From positions 887-64,886 of the forward strand of contig JBBCJA010000018.1 in NCBI GenBank assembly GCA_037189585.1: 64,000 nucleotides of DNA. Reading direction: 5' to 3'. Position numbers and translations under genes: made by a program. This DNA is from Selenomonadaceae bacterium. GTDB taxonomy: Bacteria > Vulcanimicrobiota > Xenobia > Xenobiales > JADMJV01. The notes under the pieces are model-generated. The model saw nothing but the letters and a program-made list of their open reading frames with translations, did no database searches and was not told where the DNA came from. Shown here one piece after another: positions 56,032 to 64,000 of the stretch (positions within the stretch are counted from its first letter, which is position 1; each line of letters begins with the position of its first letter).

Positions 56032-58985
56032 AGCTCCCAACCTCCCGCGGTCATATGGTGGGTCACCGGCGGAGGTCCGACCTGAACCGCCAGTCCGCTG
56101 TCGTGGGCCGCTCCGTAGGCCTCGAAAGCCGCCCGCTCAAGCGCCGTCGCGCCTGGCACTTCCTTGGGCAAGTAGAGGGACGCCTGGTTGAAGTAGGGAT
56201 AGTAGAGGAAGTTACCCACGTTGATGCTGCCGTTGCGAGCCAGTAGGGTTCCGATAGTGAGATCCGCCTGGCTGCTGATGCTCTCCTCAGCCACCAACAT
56301 TCCGCTGACCTGACGAGCCTCCGCTCCGATTTTGATATTCCGCCCGTGGATCAACAGGCCAGCGTACTCCTTGAGATACTTATCGGCATCAAGGACGTTG
56401 GTGTTGGCCAGAAGGTCGCCCAGCAAGTTACGTCCGTGGTTACCTAGCCTTGTTTGGAATCCGCTAACGAAATCCTGATAAAAGTCATCCACCGCGTCCT
56501 CATCGCGCTTGACTTCATCCACGATGGCGTTGGCTACATCCATAATAGGTCCGAACCCACCCGGGGCCAGAATTCGAGCCGCCTCTTCGGTCAACTTGGA
56601 GACACACTGTTTGAGAGCCCAGGCTACCGTGTGCTGGCTGGTCATCCTCTCCAGAAAACCGCGGACTTCGTTCTCCAGGTTCTCGGGGTCCAGCTCGCTC
56701 GACGTCAGCAAGGTTCGAGCCGCTCCGGCCGACCGCAAGGCCGCCCCTAAGTCGAGGTTGTGCGCCATCGGTACGACTCCGTTGCCGAAAGGCCACCAGT
56801 CGCTCTGGGGGTAAAGGTTCTCACCCAGGGTGGCGTTGAGTCCGGCCGTGTAGGCGAAAGTCTTGGCGCGGAAGGCGAAGACCCAGAGGTTCTCCTTGGG
56901 AGATGGGGCCGGAGCGATGGCCACTACCGGCGGAAAGGGTATCGTCACCAGCTGGAAAGTGGTGGCATAGCGGGCGTAATACGGGTTGCGCAGGTGGAAC
57001 GGTCCAGCCAATTTCGAGAGTAGTGGAGCCGCCTGCTCGACTAGATTGCGCACTGTGTTGGCGCCCTCGGCGGTACCGGGAAGGTCCAGCGCAGCGATCA
57101 GGTCGGCGATGGTGTGGGCCGCGTAGGTTCCGTGAGGAATGGTGACGTCGCCGTCGACCAACAGAGCCGAGCTGATGGGATGGATCTCCCCGGGTTCGCC
57201 GGCCACCATAATGGAGCCGAATTGCGGGCTTCCTTGGCACTCGAAGTCGCCTCTGACGATCAACGTCGCGCCCTCTTCGAAGAAAACCCTGCCGCTAGGG
57301 GCGAAGGCGTCCGAGATGGAGACCGTCGCCACTGGAGAAGCCAGTTTAAGATTCCCGTTGACGATCATCACCGTCCCCCGCTGCAGCCAGAGGTCTCCCT
57401 GAATCTCCATACTGCCGTCGTAGCGCAGCGTTCGGGAGGCGGGCACGGTCCAGGTGCTGCGAGAGACAAACTTATCTCCCGTCCACTCGAAGCCGGGCAC
57501 CTCGTCGGCCGGACCGTAGTGAACCACACGGACATCGGTGCTGACGGCAGCTGCGATATCCTTGAGATCTCCGCCTCTGCAGATAGAGGTGACGAGTTCC
57601 GCCATCTTCCCCATCGTCTTAGAGTAGTTCCATCCCCATTGGCCGTCGCGGCCTTCCGGATCTTCCTCTCGGGTCTCGGGAAGAGGAGAAGAGCCCGACC
57701 CGATCCTACCTTCGGCGATACCGGCGGCTTCTTCAGCCGAATCTTCCAGAAAATCCTCGATCTGCTCGAAGGCGCGCCGGGCGTCGGCCAGTTCGTCGTT
57801 GGCATCGTCTAAGGCGTCCCGGTTATGATCGTTGGGATTGGCGGTATAGGCGGCTTGAGCCGCATCCTTGGCGGCCTGGGCCTCCTCAAGCTTTCGCCGA
57901 GCTTCTTCCAACAGGCGAGCCGCGTCCTCTTGCTCTCTGGCTATCTCGCTCAGGCGGCCCAGGTCAGGATCGTGTTGGCGAGAAAATCCGAGGTCGGGCT
58001 GAAACGGAACGTGCAGCCAGACTTCCCAAACCAGCCCGGGAACGACCATACTGGCACCCGGTATGATGGGAGTGGGAAACTTCCAGGCCTGGCGCAGGCT
58101 GAGCACGCTCTCTGGATTGAAGTCGCCACCAAACATAATGTTGAGCATGTCGGCGAGACCCATCCGCTCACTGATGAGGGAAGTCTTGTTGCCGCTGGCC
58201 GTGCTCCCGGCAAGCGTGGATCCGGCCGCGGCCAAACCTTCTAGTAGCTCGTTCTCGTATGCCGGCAGGGGAAGATTACCGTTGAAACCCAAACCGGCTC
58301 CGGCTTCGATGGTAATGCTACCGGCCCGGGAGTGAGCTTCTCCGTAGGCGAGATCCTCGATGGTGATATCGCCCTGAGCGCCTAGCAGCGCCGGCACTCC
58401 CGAGTAAGCCTCGCTAGAGGCGGTCTCCTCATCGTGCTCGGGGTTCTGCCAGCCCGCGACCTCGCCCAACTTGATATTCCCCTTTGGAGCGTAGGCGGCG
58501 TAGCCTGGAATCTCGCTTTCCACCATCCGGTAGCCGCCCTTACGAACACCGGCCTTCAGGCCGCCAAGTCCGGTCGCCGTAACCTCTAAGTAGCGATGAG
58601 CGTGAGCCAGATTATCCGTCTTGAGATCAGGTAGTCCACTCCACTTTCCGCCGGTCTGTTCGAACAGCTTCTTGGCATATTGGGGTTCGATCTTGTTGGC
58701 GTTGTCGTCACCGGTGACATCCTCGATCTGGGTTCCTAATCCCAACCCCCAGGGCACACTTTGACCCAACAGTCTTTCTCGTACCGCGAAGTTACGGGAT
58801 TCTCGAAATCTCAACTCGGCCTCGGAATGAAGCAACGCCCCTCGCGATGTGGTCTGTTGATGGTGCAAGGCGATGACGACGACCATGAAAACGGCGATGA
58901 TACCCAGGACCATCGCCAATGTACTGCCCCTGCGTCGTCGCCGCTGGCGACTTAGTGAATTGGTGGACATAGCGGCTATTCTCAT
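56028..58985 (-). CDS. Large (985 aa) membrane-anchored pilus-associated protein, first gene of a minor-pilin operon; distant paralog of 269..2014 and 47210..49090
   Basis: Arg-rich N-terminus then TM (RRRRRGSTLAMVLGIIAVFMVVV). AAGGAGG RBS. Confidence 0.55.
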   Translation of the reverse strand: MRIAAMSTNSLSRQRRRRRGSTLAMVLGIIAVFMVVVIALHHQQTTSRGALLHSEAELRFRESRNFAVRERLLGQSVPWGLGLGTQIEDVTGDDNANKIEPQYAKKLFEQTGGKWSGLPDLKTDNLAHAHRYLEVTATGLGGLKAGVRKGGYRMVESEIPGYAAYAPKGNIKLGEVAGWQNPEHDEETASSEAYSGVPALLGAQGDITIEDLAYGEAHSRAGSITIEAGAGLGFNGNLPLPAYENELLEGLAAAGSTLAGSTASGNKTSLISERMGLADMLNIMFGGDFNPESVLSLRQAWKFPTPIIPGASMVVPGLVWEVWLHVPFQPDLGFSRQHDPDLGRLSEIAREQEDAARLLEEARRKLEEAQAAKDAAQAAYTANPNDHNRDALDDANDELADARRAFEQIEDFLEDSAEEAAGIAEGRIGSGSSPLPETREEDPEGRDGQWGWNYSKTMGKMAELVTSICRGGDLKDIAAAVSTDVRVVHYGPADEVPGFEWTGDKFVSRSTWTVPASRTLRYDGSMEIQGDLWLQRGTVMIVNGNLKLASPVATVSISDAFAPSGRVFFEEGATLIVRGDFECQGSPQFGSIMVAGEPGEIHPISSALLVDGDVTIPHGTYAAHTIADLIAALDLPGTAEGANTVRNLVEQAAPLLSKLAGPFHLRNPYYARYATTFQLVTIPFPPVVAIAPAPSPKENLWVFAFRAKTFAYTAGLNATLGENLYPQSDWWPFGNGVVPMAHNLDLGAALRSAGAARTLLTSSELDPENLENEVRGFLERMTSQHTVAWALKQCVSKLTEEAARILAPGGFGPIMDVANAIVDEVKRDEDAVDDFYQDFVSGFQTRLGNHGRNLLGDLLANTNVLDADKYLKEYAGLLIHGRNIKIGAEARQVSGMLVAEESISSQADLTIGTLLARNGSINVGNFLYYPYFNQASLYLPKEVPGATALERAAFEAYGAAHDSGLAVQVGPPPVTHHMTAGGWEL

Positions 58986-59347
58986 AACTTGAGCCTCCTT
59001 CGATCTGATCCGTCCAGGCCAGACAGAGGACCACTCTAATCTCTTTTCGTGGTCCCCAATCCCGACCCACGTTAACAGCGTAAAACTGTGCCAGATCTAG
59101 CTCCGTGAAATCACCCACCTTGTATGGGGAAGCACATCGTGTTCCGGGCCACAAATGGGTGGGATGGACCAGGTGGGATAGGAAATAGGGCAGAACTTGA
59201 AAAAGCTAAATACGAAGCGATGAAGGGCTCCGCCTTGGGGATAGGGATGGGATGCTCTGGTATAAACACCTTTCCCGACCCCTCTAGTACGAAATTCCTA
59301 AAGGCGATCAAGAGTCCCACGCGACGAAGTAAAACTTGGAGGATACC

Positions 59348-59716
59348 ATGAAACCCATTGAATGCGATTTCTGCGCGCTCGCTCCCTCCGAGGTGACGGT
59401 AACTCGGAAGGACCGTCAAGGAGCCGTCCGCGCCTGCCTTCGTCTCTGTCGTCGCTGTGTCGATCTGCAACAATACATCACGCTCGTGCAAGACAAGGTC
59501 TTAAACGAGAAAGCGCCGTGCCTGGTCTGCGGACGCCCCGCTTCTGTCGAGACCGTGAGCCGGGGTCCGAATGACAAACTTCTCGGCCGCGCCATGCTGT
59601 GCTCTTCCTGCACCAACCCTCCTCCCCCCAACCTTCCGGCGATGCTCCGCATTAGCAACCTCTGGACCCCTGGGGTCCTAGAGCTACCCCAACCGGCTCA
59701 ACGCGTCAGGCCATAA
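59348..59716 (+). CDS. Cys-rich small protein (zinc-ribbon-like), hypothetical
   Basis: GGAGG RBS. CDFC...CLRLCRRC...CLVCG...CSSC. Confidence 0.4.
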   Translation: MKPIECDFCALAPSEVTVTRKDRQGAVRACLRLCRRCVDLQQYITLVQDKVLNEKAPCLVCGRPASVETVSRGPNDKLLGRAMLCSSCTNPPPPNLPAMLRISNLWTPGVLELPQPAQRVRP

Positions 59717-59727
59717 GCCGTGGTCGC

Positions 59728-62424
59728 CTACAGGCTGTCCTCGCAGGCCGCCTTTCCGTGGGTCTGAGCCAGGTCTTCCAAGCAGCGGGCGACTAGCGCT
59801 GTCCATCCCGTCTGATGACAGGAACCCAGGCCTTTTCCGCTTTCGGCATGAAAGTACTCGTGAAACAAGAGCCCTTCGTTCCAGAGCGGTCTAGGGTGCC
59901 GTGAGGAGGCGTCGGGGTCCGAGGGGATCTGTCCGTCGCCGCGGACTTGAAACAGAGAAACGAGCCGTGCCTCAAGATCGCGCGCGGCTTCCAGTAGGGT
60001 GACCCAGCGACCGCTCCGCGTGGGCAGCTCCACCTTAAATTCGTCACCATAGAAGGCGTAATAACGCTTCAGGGCGTCGATCAGAAGATAGCTGGTGGGG
60101 AACCAGATGGGACCCCTCCAGTTGGAGTTTCCTCCGAACATTCCACTACGAGACTCTCCCGGCTCGTAGGAGACTTCAAACCGCTGGCCGGCGTATTGGA
60201 TGGAGAAGGGGTGTTCCTCGTGGTACTTAGAGAGGCTGCGAATGCCGTAGGGCGAGAGAAACTCATCCTCGTCAAACAGACGTTCCAGCAACGACTTCAA
60301 CCGGCTCTCCGGCACCAGCGATAGAAGCATCTTACCGCCGTCGGAGCTATGCTGTAGATGGCGCGCCAGTTCCGGCTGTTCATTGAGGAACCAGCGAAAT
60401 CGTGCGTGAAATCCCTCCATTTTCTCCAACTGCTCTCTATCTAGAATCTCGACGGCGATCAGCGGAAGAAGTCCCACCAGAGAGCGAATACGGATTGGGA
60501 TGTGGGGAACATCCTCGTTGTTCGGTATGACGAAGTCGTAATAAAAGCGGTCCTCGGCATGCCACAAACCTTTGCCGCAATCGGAGTTGACCGAGTTGGC
60601 GATGGCCACGAAGTGTTCGAAGAACTTGGAGGCAATGTCCTGATAAGGCTCGCTCTTGACCGCGAGCTCGAAAGCCATCTGCAGCATACGAAGCCCGAAG
60701 AAACCCATCCAGGCGGTGGCATCCGACTGATTCAGCTCGCCCAACGACTTGGGGAAGCGGCTCCGGTCGAAGGCTCCGATGTTGTCGAGTCCCATGAAGC
60801 CTCCGGTGAAGACGTTGTCTCCGTCGGCGTCGGTGCGGTTGACCCACCAGGTGAAGTTGAGAAGCAGCTTGTGAAAGGCGCGCTCCAAGAAATTCCGGTC
60901 CCAACCTCCGGTGGCCCGATAGACCCGTAAGCAGGCCCAGGCATGCACCGGCGGATTGACGTCGGAGAAGTTGAATTCATAAGCCGGAAGCTGCCCGTTC
61001 GGATGCATGTACCACTCGCGCAGCATCAAGAGAAGCTGCTCCTTGGCAAAGGACGGATCTAGAGCCGCCATCGGGTAAGCGTGAAAAGCCAGGTCCCAGG
61101 CTGCGTACCATGGATACTCCCAGGTGTCCGGCATCAAGATCACATCGCGGTTGTACAGGTTTCCACGCCAGTCGAGATTGCGAGCGCGCTCCTCCGGCTT
61201 GGGCGGTGGCAGCTGAGTGGGATCGCCCTCGAACCAGTCTTTCACCGAGTAGAAGTAGAAGGTCTTCGACCAGAGCAGCCCGGCATAGGCCTGTCGCCAA
61301 ATCCTGCCATCCTCTGGAGTTAAGCCTGGGTTCAGGCTGTCGTAATACTCGTCGGCTTCCTTCCGTCTCTTCTTCAATGTGTTGTCGAAACCGTGGAAAG
61401 GATTTTTGCTCAGCTCCTCGGGAGTGGTCAGCAGGAAATCGAAAGTCCGAGACTCTCCACCGACGAGTTCCATTCGATACAAAACACCCGCCTTGGTCCC
61501 TTCGCGGCGAGGATTGACGGCGTCTCGATGACGGTTCACGACATAGCGATGAAAGGCGTTCTTGACGTAAGGGGTCTCGTTGGCGACTCCCCATAGCAGT
61601 TTTTGGTCGGTCTCGTTGTCGGTGAAAAGAATCTCCCCGCTCGACTCGCGCCAGGCGAAAACGAGCTTCCCCAGCTCATCGTGTTGAAGGCCCAGACGAT
61701 TTTGCCCCAGCTCCTCAAGCTCGGGTCTGGGGCTGTAATCCTCCCCCTGGCGCCCCCACTTCCACACGTTGCGATACCAGATCTGAGCCAACAAGCAGAG
61801 CTCCGCGGCATGCTCACCGCGATTGGACACGACGTAACGGATCAACGTCGTGTCGGGACCGCCTTTGGCATAGATGACGTCGAGGTCAAAGAAAGCGTTG
61901 TCGTCCAGCACACCGGTGTCGAGCAGCTCGAACTCATCGTCATCTCGGTCGCGCTCCCGATTGACTCGCCGCAACTCCTGATAAGGGAAGGCGGCCTGAG
62001 GATAACGATAGCGGCCCCGGCAGTAAGAGTGGGTCGGGGTCGCGTCGAGGTAGTAGTAGAGCTCCTTGACATCCTCCCCATGGTTTCCCTCGGGACCGGT
62101 CAGTCCGAAGAGTTTCTCCTTAAGATGGTCGTCCCGACCGTTCCATAAAGCGGGAGAGACGGCGATACGACACTGGCGGTCGCACCAACCGAGCAGTCCG
62201 TCCTCGCCCCAGCGATAGACGCGACTTCGCGAGGTTTCGTAGTCAAAGGAGGTCCAGCTCTGGCCTCCTCGAGAATAGTCCTCGCGAACTGTGGCCCATT
62301 GGCGGGCCGGAAGGTACGTACCCCAGCGCTTCCAATTTTTCGCGCGTCTCTCATCTTCGGCCAGACGTCTACCCTCGGCCGTGTCCTTCGGTTCTTTCTT
62401 TCTGACCACACCTTTTGCCATGGT
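59728..62424 (-). CDS. GH63-like glycoside hydrolase (MGH1/YMR196W-type). The start is assigned to MAKGVV at 62424. The uninterrupted ORF itself extends to 62535, and nt 62425..62535 are treated as probable 5'-UTR/promoter, see the 28-nt motif finding.
   Basis: N-terminal NWKRWGTYLPARQWATVREDYS block typical of this family. (alpha/alpha)6 C-terminal domain composition. Confidence 0.6.
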   Translation of the reverse strand, partial: TMAKGVVRKKEPKDTAEGRRLAEDERRAKNWKRWGTYLPARQWATVREDYSRGGQSWTSFDYETSRSRVYRWGEDGLLGWCDRQCRIAVSPALWNGRDDHLKEKLFGLTGPEGNHGEDVKELYYYLDATPTHSYCRGRYRYPQAAFPYQELRRVNRERDRDDDEFELLDTGVLDDNAFFDLDVIYAKGGPDTTLIRYVVSNRGEHAAELCLLAQIWYRNVWKWGRQGEDYSPRPELEELGQNRLGLQHDELGKLVFAWRESSGEILFTDNETDQKLLWGVANETPYVKNAFHRYVVNRHRDAVNPRREGTKAGVLYRMELVGGESRTFDFLLTTPEELSKNPFHGFDNTLKKRRKEADEYYDSLNPGLTPEDGRIWRQAYAGLLWSKTFYFYSVKDWFEGDPTQLPPPKPEERARNLDWRGNLYNRDVILMPDTWEYPWYAAWDLAFHAYPMAALDPSFAKEQLLLMLREWYMHPNGQLPAYEFNFSDVNPPVHAWACLRVYRATGGWDRNFLERAFHKLLLNFTWWVNRTDADGDNVFTGGFMGLDNIGAFDRSRFPKSLGELNQSDATAWMGFFGLRMLQMAFELAVKSEPYQDIASKFFEHFVAIANSVNSDCGKGLWHAEDRFYYDFVIPNNEDVPHIPIRIRSLVGLLPLIAVEILDREQLEKMEGFHARFRWFLNEQPELARHLQHSSDGGKMLLSLVPESRLKSLLERLFDEDEFLSPYGIRSLSKYHEEHPFSIQYAGQRFEVSYEPGESRSGMFGGNSNWRGPIWFPTSYLLIDALKRYYAFYGDEFKVELPTRSGRWVTLLEAARDLEARLVSLFQVRGDGQIPSDPDASSRHPRPLWNEGLLFHEYFHAESGKGLGSCHQTGWTALVARCLEDLAQTHGKAACEDSL

Positions 62425-62583
62425 GGCGCCTTCTTGGAAAATATCCGAATCCTTCATGCCAAGAAGCCCGTCAAGATCAGAAAATTCTGGCTTCATGTCC
62501 AAACGAAAGAGAGAAGAAAGTCGGCGCACCCACAAAAAAGCCCCGCTCTTAAGCGAGGCTTCCCTTGAATGGAAAAATCGAGT

Positions 62584-63423
62584 TTAGGACTTAGCGGCCC
62601 GCACGAATCCGGTCAGGCCGGGGTCACTGAAGGAATGCTTGCGTCGGGCAACCTTGTCGGACGTGTTACCTTCAATGGTATTGAAGGTTCCATCCTTATT
62701 GACCCCGGTCACCAGTCCGACGTGGGACTTGCCGTTCTGTTTCCAGACAACCACATCGCCCTCACGCAGCATTCCTGGATTACTTTTAGCCTGTGACGCG
62801 GGGATGAACTTTCCGTTGTCCTTACCCCATTTCAAAATGCCCGCTACCGAAGACTGGTGTCCCATCGCTGAGCCGCCGGAGTTCTTCAAGGCGGTGGAAA
62901 CGAAGTCCGCGCACCAAGCCTGCCAACGCCCATTTGAATAGCCACGAACCGTGTTGGGATTATTCCGCTCACTGACGCCTAGCTGGCTCTCGGCCCAGCG
63001 AACCGCGGCCGAGCCCTGTCCTCCGCCCGGTATTGCTCCACCCGGGTCGTTGACTCCGGTTCCACCGGGGACGTAGCTGTGGTCACGGCCGGTGTTACCG
63101 CCGAGAAAGTTCCCGCCTCCGGGAATACCGCCACCGAAGTTGGGCATTCCACCGCCCATACCAGGCATCCCGCCACCCATTCCGGGGACTCCGCCACCGA
63201 AGTTGGGCATCCCCATCGGCATTCCGCCCATGTTGCCCATTCCGCCGCCCATCATGTTGCCCATCATCAGGGTCATCATCATTTGCATCATCATCTGCAT
63301 CATCTGCATCATCATCTGCTGCATGGGGTTACCGCCGCCCATCATTCCCTGGTTGCCACCACACTGGCATCCACCCATTCCGGGGAATCCGCCACCGAGC
63401 ATCGACATCATGTTTAGCGCCAT
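62584..63423 (-). CDS. CHAP-domain peptidoglycan hydrolase with N-terminal Met/Gly/Gln-rich low-complexity region
   Basis: C-terminal CHAP (WCADFVS...GHVGLV). N-terminal MMMQMMQMMMQMMM and MGGGMP repeats. Confidence 0.6.
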   Translation of the reverse strand: MALNMMSMLGGGFPGMGGCQCGGNQGMMGGGNPMQQMMMQMMQMMMQMMMTLMMGNMMGGGMGNMGGMPMGMPNFGGGVPGMGGGMPGMGGGMPNFGGGIPGGGNFLGGNTGRDHSYVPGGTGVNDPGGAIPGGGQGSAAVRWAESQLGVSERNNPNTVRGYSNGRWQAWCADFVSTALKNSGGSAMGHQSSVAGILKWGKDNGKFIPASQAKSNPGMLREGDVVVWKQNGKSHVGLVTGVNKDGTFNTIEGNTSDKVARRKHSFSDPGLTGFVRAAKS

Positions 63424-63619
63424 CGGGTTTCTGTGTCTCCTTGCGAGGAAGTTCTTAAGGACATTATAGACTTGGGGAAACGCCTGTTGAAAACCTCAAA
63501 CATTAACCAGATGTTACAAATGTTGCCAGATATTACAAAAACGTTGTGCTGACGTAAATCCTTGGTCAAGGATTTCACACCTGGTTTACACTTACTCCAA
63601 GATAGGACGAGTCACCCGA

Positions 63620-63961
63620 TTAAAGCTTGCCGAACAGGTCCTTGAGGAGATCCTTCTCGGCTTTCTGACTCTCCTGAAGGTCATCGAACAGAGAGGGCAG
63701 TTCCCCGCGCTCTTTCCGGGCTTTATCGCGCTCTTGAGCAAAAAGGTCGGGCGCCGAATCCTCAGGCTCGAGATCGGGAGGAAGCTCCAACATGCGGTGC
63801 AGTCGGGACTTCTCGGACTTGATAGAGTGCTTCTCCCCCTTGAGCTGCTTTTTGAGTTTGGCGTCAAGTTCGCGCTGCTCTCCCAGCGACTCCTTAATCC
63901 AATCGGTGGCTCCACTGGCCTCCAATTCTTCTCGGCTCGGCATATCCTCGTAGGGGTCCAT
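63620..63961 (-). CDS. Hypothetical charged protein
   Basis: ORF only. Confidence 0.35.
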   Translation of the reverse strand: MDPYEDMPSREELEASGATDWIKESLGEQRELDAKLKKQLKGEKHSIKSEKSRLHRMLELPPDLEPEDSAPDLFAQERDKARKERGELPSLFDDLQESQKAEKDLLKDLFGKL

Positions 63962-64000
63962 GGCAGCTCCTTTCTAGGCCTGGCCTTCGACGGCGGAGGC

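Noticed and set aside
62425-62535. Upstream GH63 start at 62535 (uninterrupted reading frame; the ORF table places the ATG start there)
   Set aside because: The coding assignment was ended at MAKGVV (62424) because that start has a GAAGG RBS and the conserved GH63 block (NWKRWGTYLPARQWATVREDYS) begins only shortly downstream of it. The upstream 111 nt contain the third copy of the 28-nt motif (62475..62503), consistent with promoter/5'-UTR rather than protein-coding sequence.

Overview
High-GC (~60%) bacterial chromosomal window with about 60 genes on both strands. Lineage is unknown; the many prepilin-type N-termini, Hanks-type kinases and a serpin suggest a PVC/Armatimonadota-like organism.

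Housekeeping and metabolic genes are recognisable: Lon protease, CorA, a U32 peptidase, a GH13 (TreZ/GlgB-like) hydrolase, a GH63-like hydrolase, a GT2, a PQQ sugar dehydrogenase, two PF00756-type esterases, SDRs, an AraC regulator, a GNAT and a HAD hydrolase.

Notable content:
- Three separate minor-pseudopilin clusters, each paired with a large paralogous pilus-associated protein (581, 626 and 985 aa).
- A secreted protein with two tandem pilin-like domains.
- Three Hanks-type Ser/Thr kinases plus an FHA-FHA-adenylate cyclase.
- A bacterial serpin.
- A tRNA-Pro whose anticodon reads AGG (A34).
- A decaying stretch (MarR frameshift, SDR with an in-frame stop plus a frameshift) directly beside a mazEF toxin-antitoxin pair.
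- A patchwork junction of duplicated gene 3'-end fragments that brackets a 5.7 kb kinase/pilin segment.
- A 28-nt motif present three times.

The most interesting locus is 20.6-24.9 kb. It starts with a ~600-nt ORF-free, hairpin-rich region. Two tRNA-like elements follow, one with a T-arm plus an encoded CCA and one a tRNA-like core closed by a long terminal stem. They flank a 66-aa strongly-RBS'd ORF ending in Gly. Immediately downstream sits a tight three-gene operon. The first gene encodes an alpha-helical N-domain plus vWA/MIDAS protein, i.e. a Ro60/Rsr-like candidate. The second gene is a protein of unknown function. The third encodes a minimal ThiF/MoeB-type E1-like enzyme. I interpret this as a candidate Ro60-Y-RNA-like RNP module coupled to an E1-like, possibly Ubl-conjugating, enzyme. 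I do not recognise this association as described.

No CRISPR arrays, integrases or transposases were seen.
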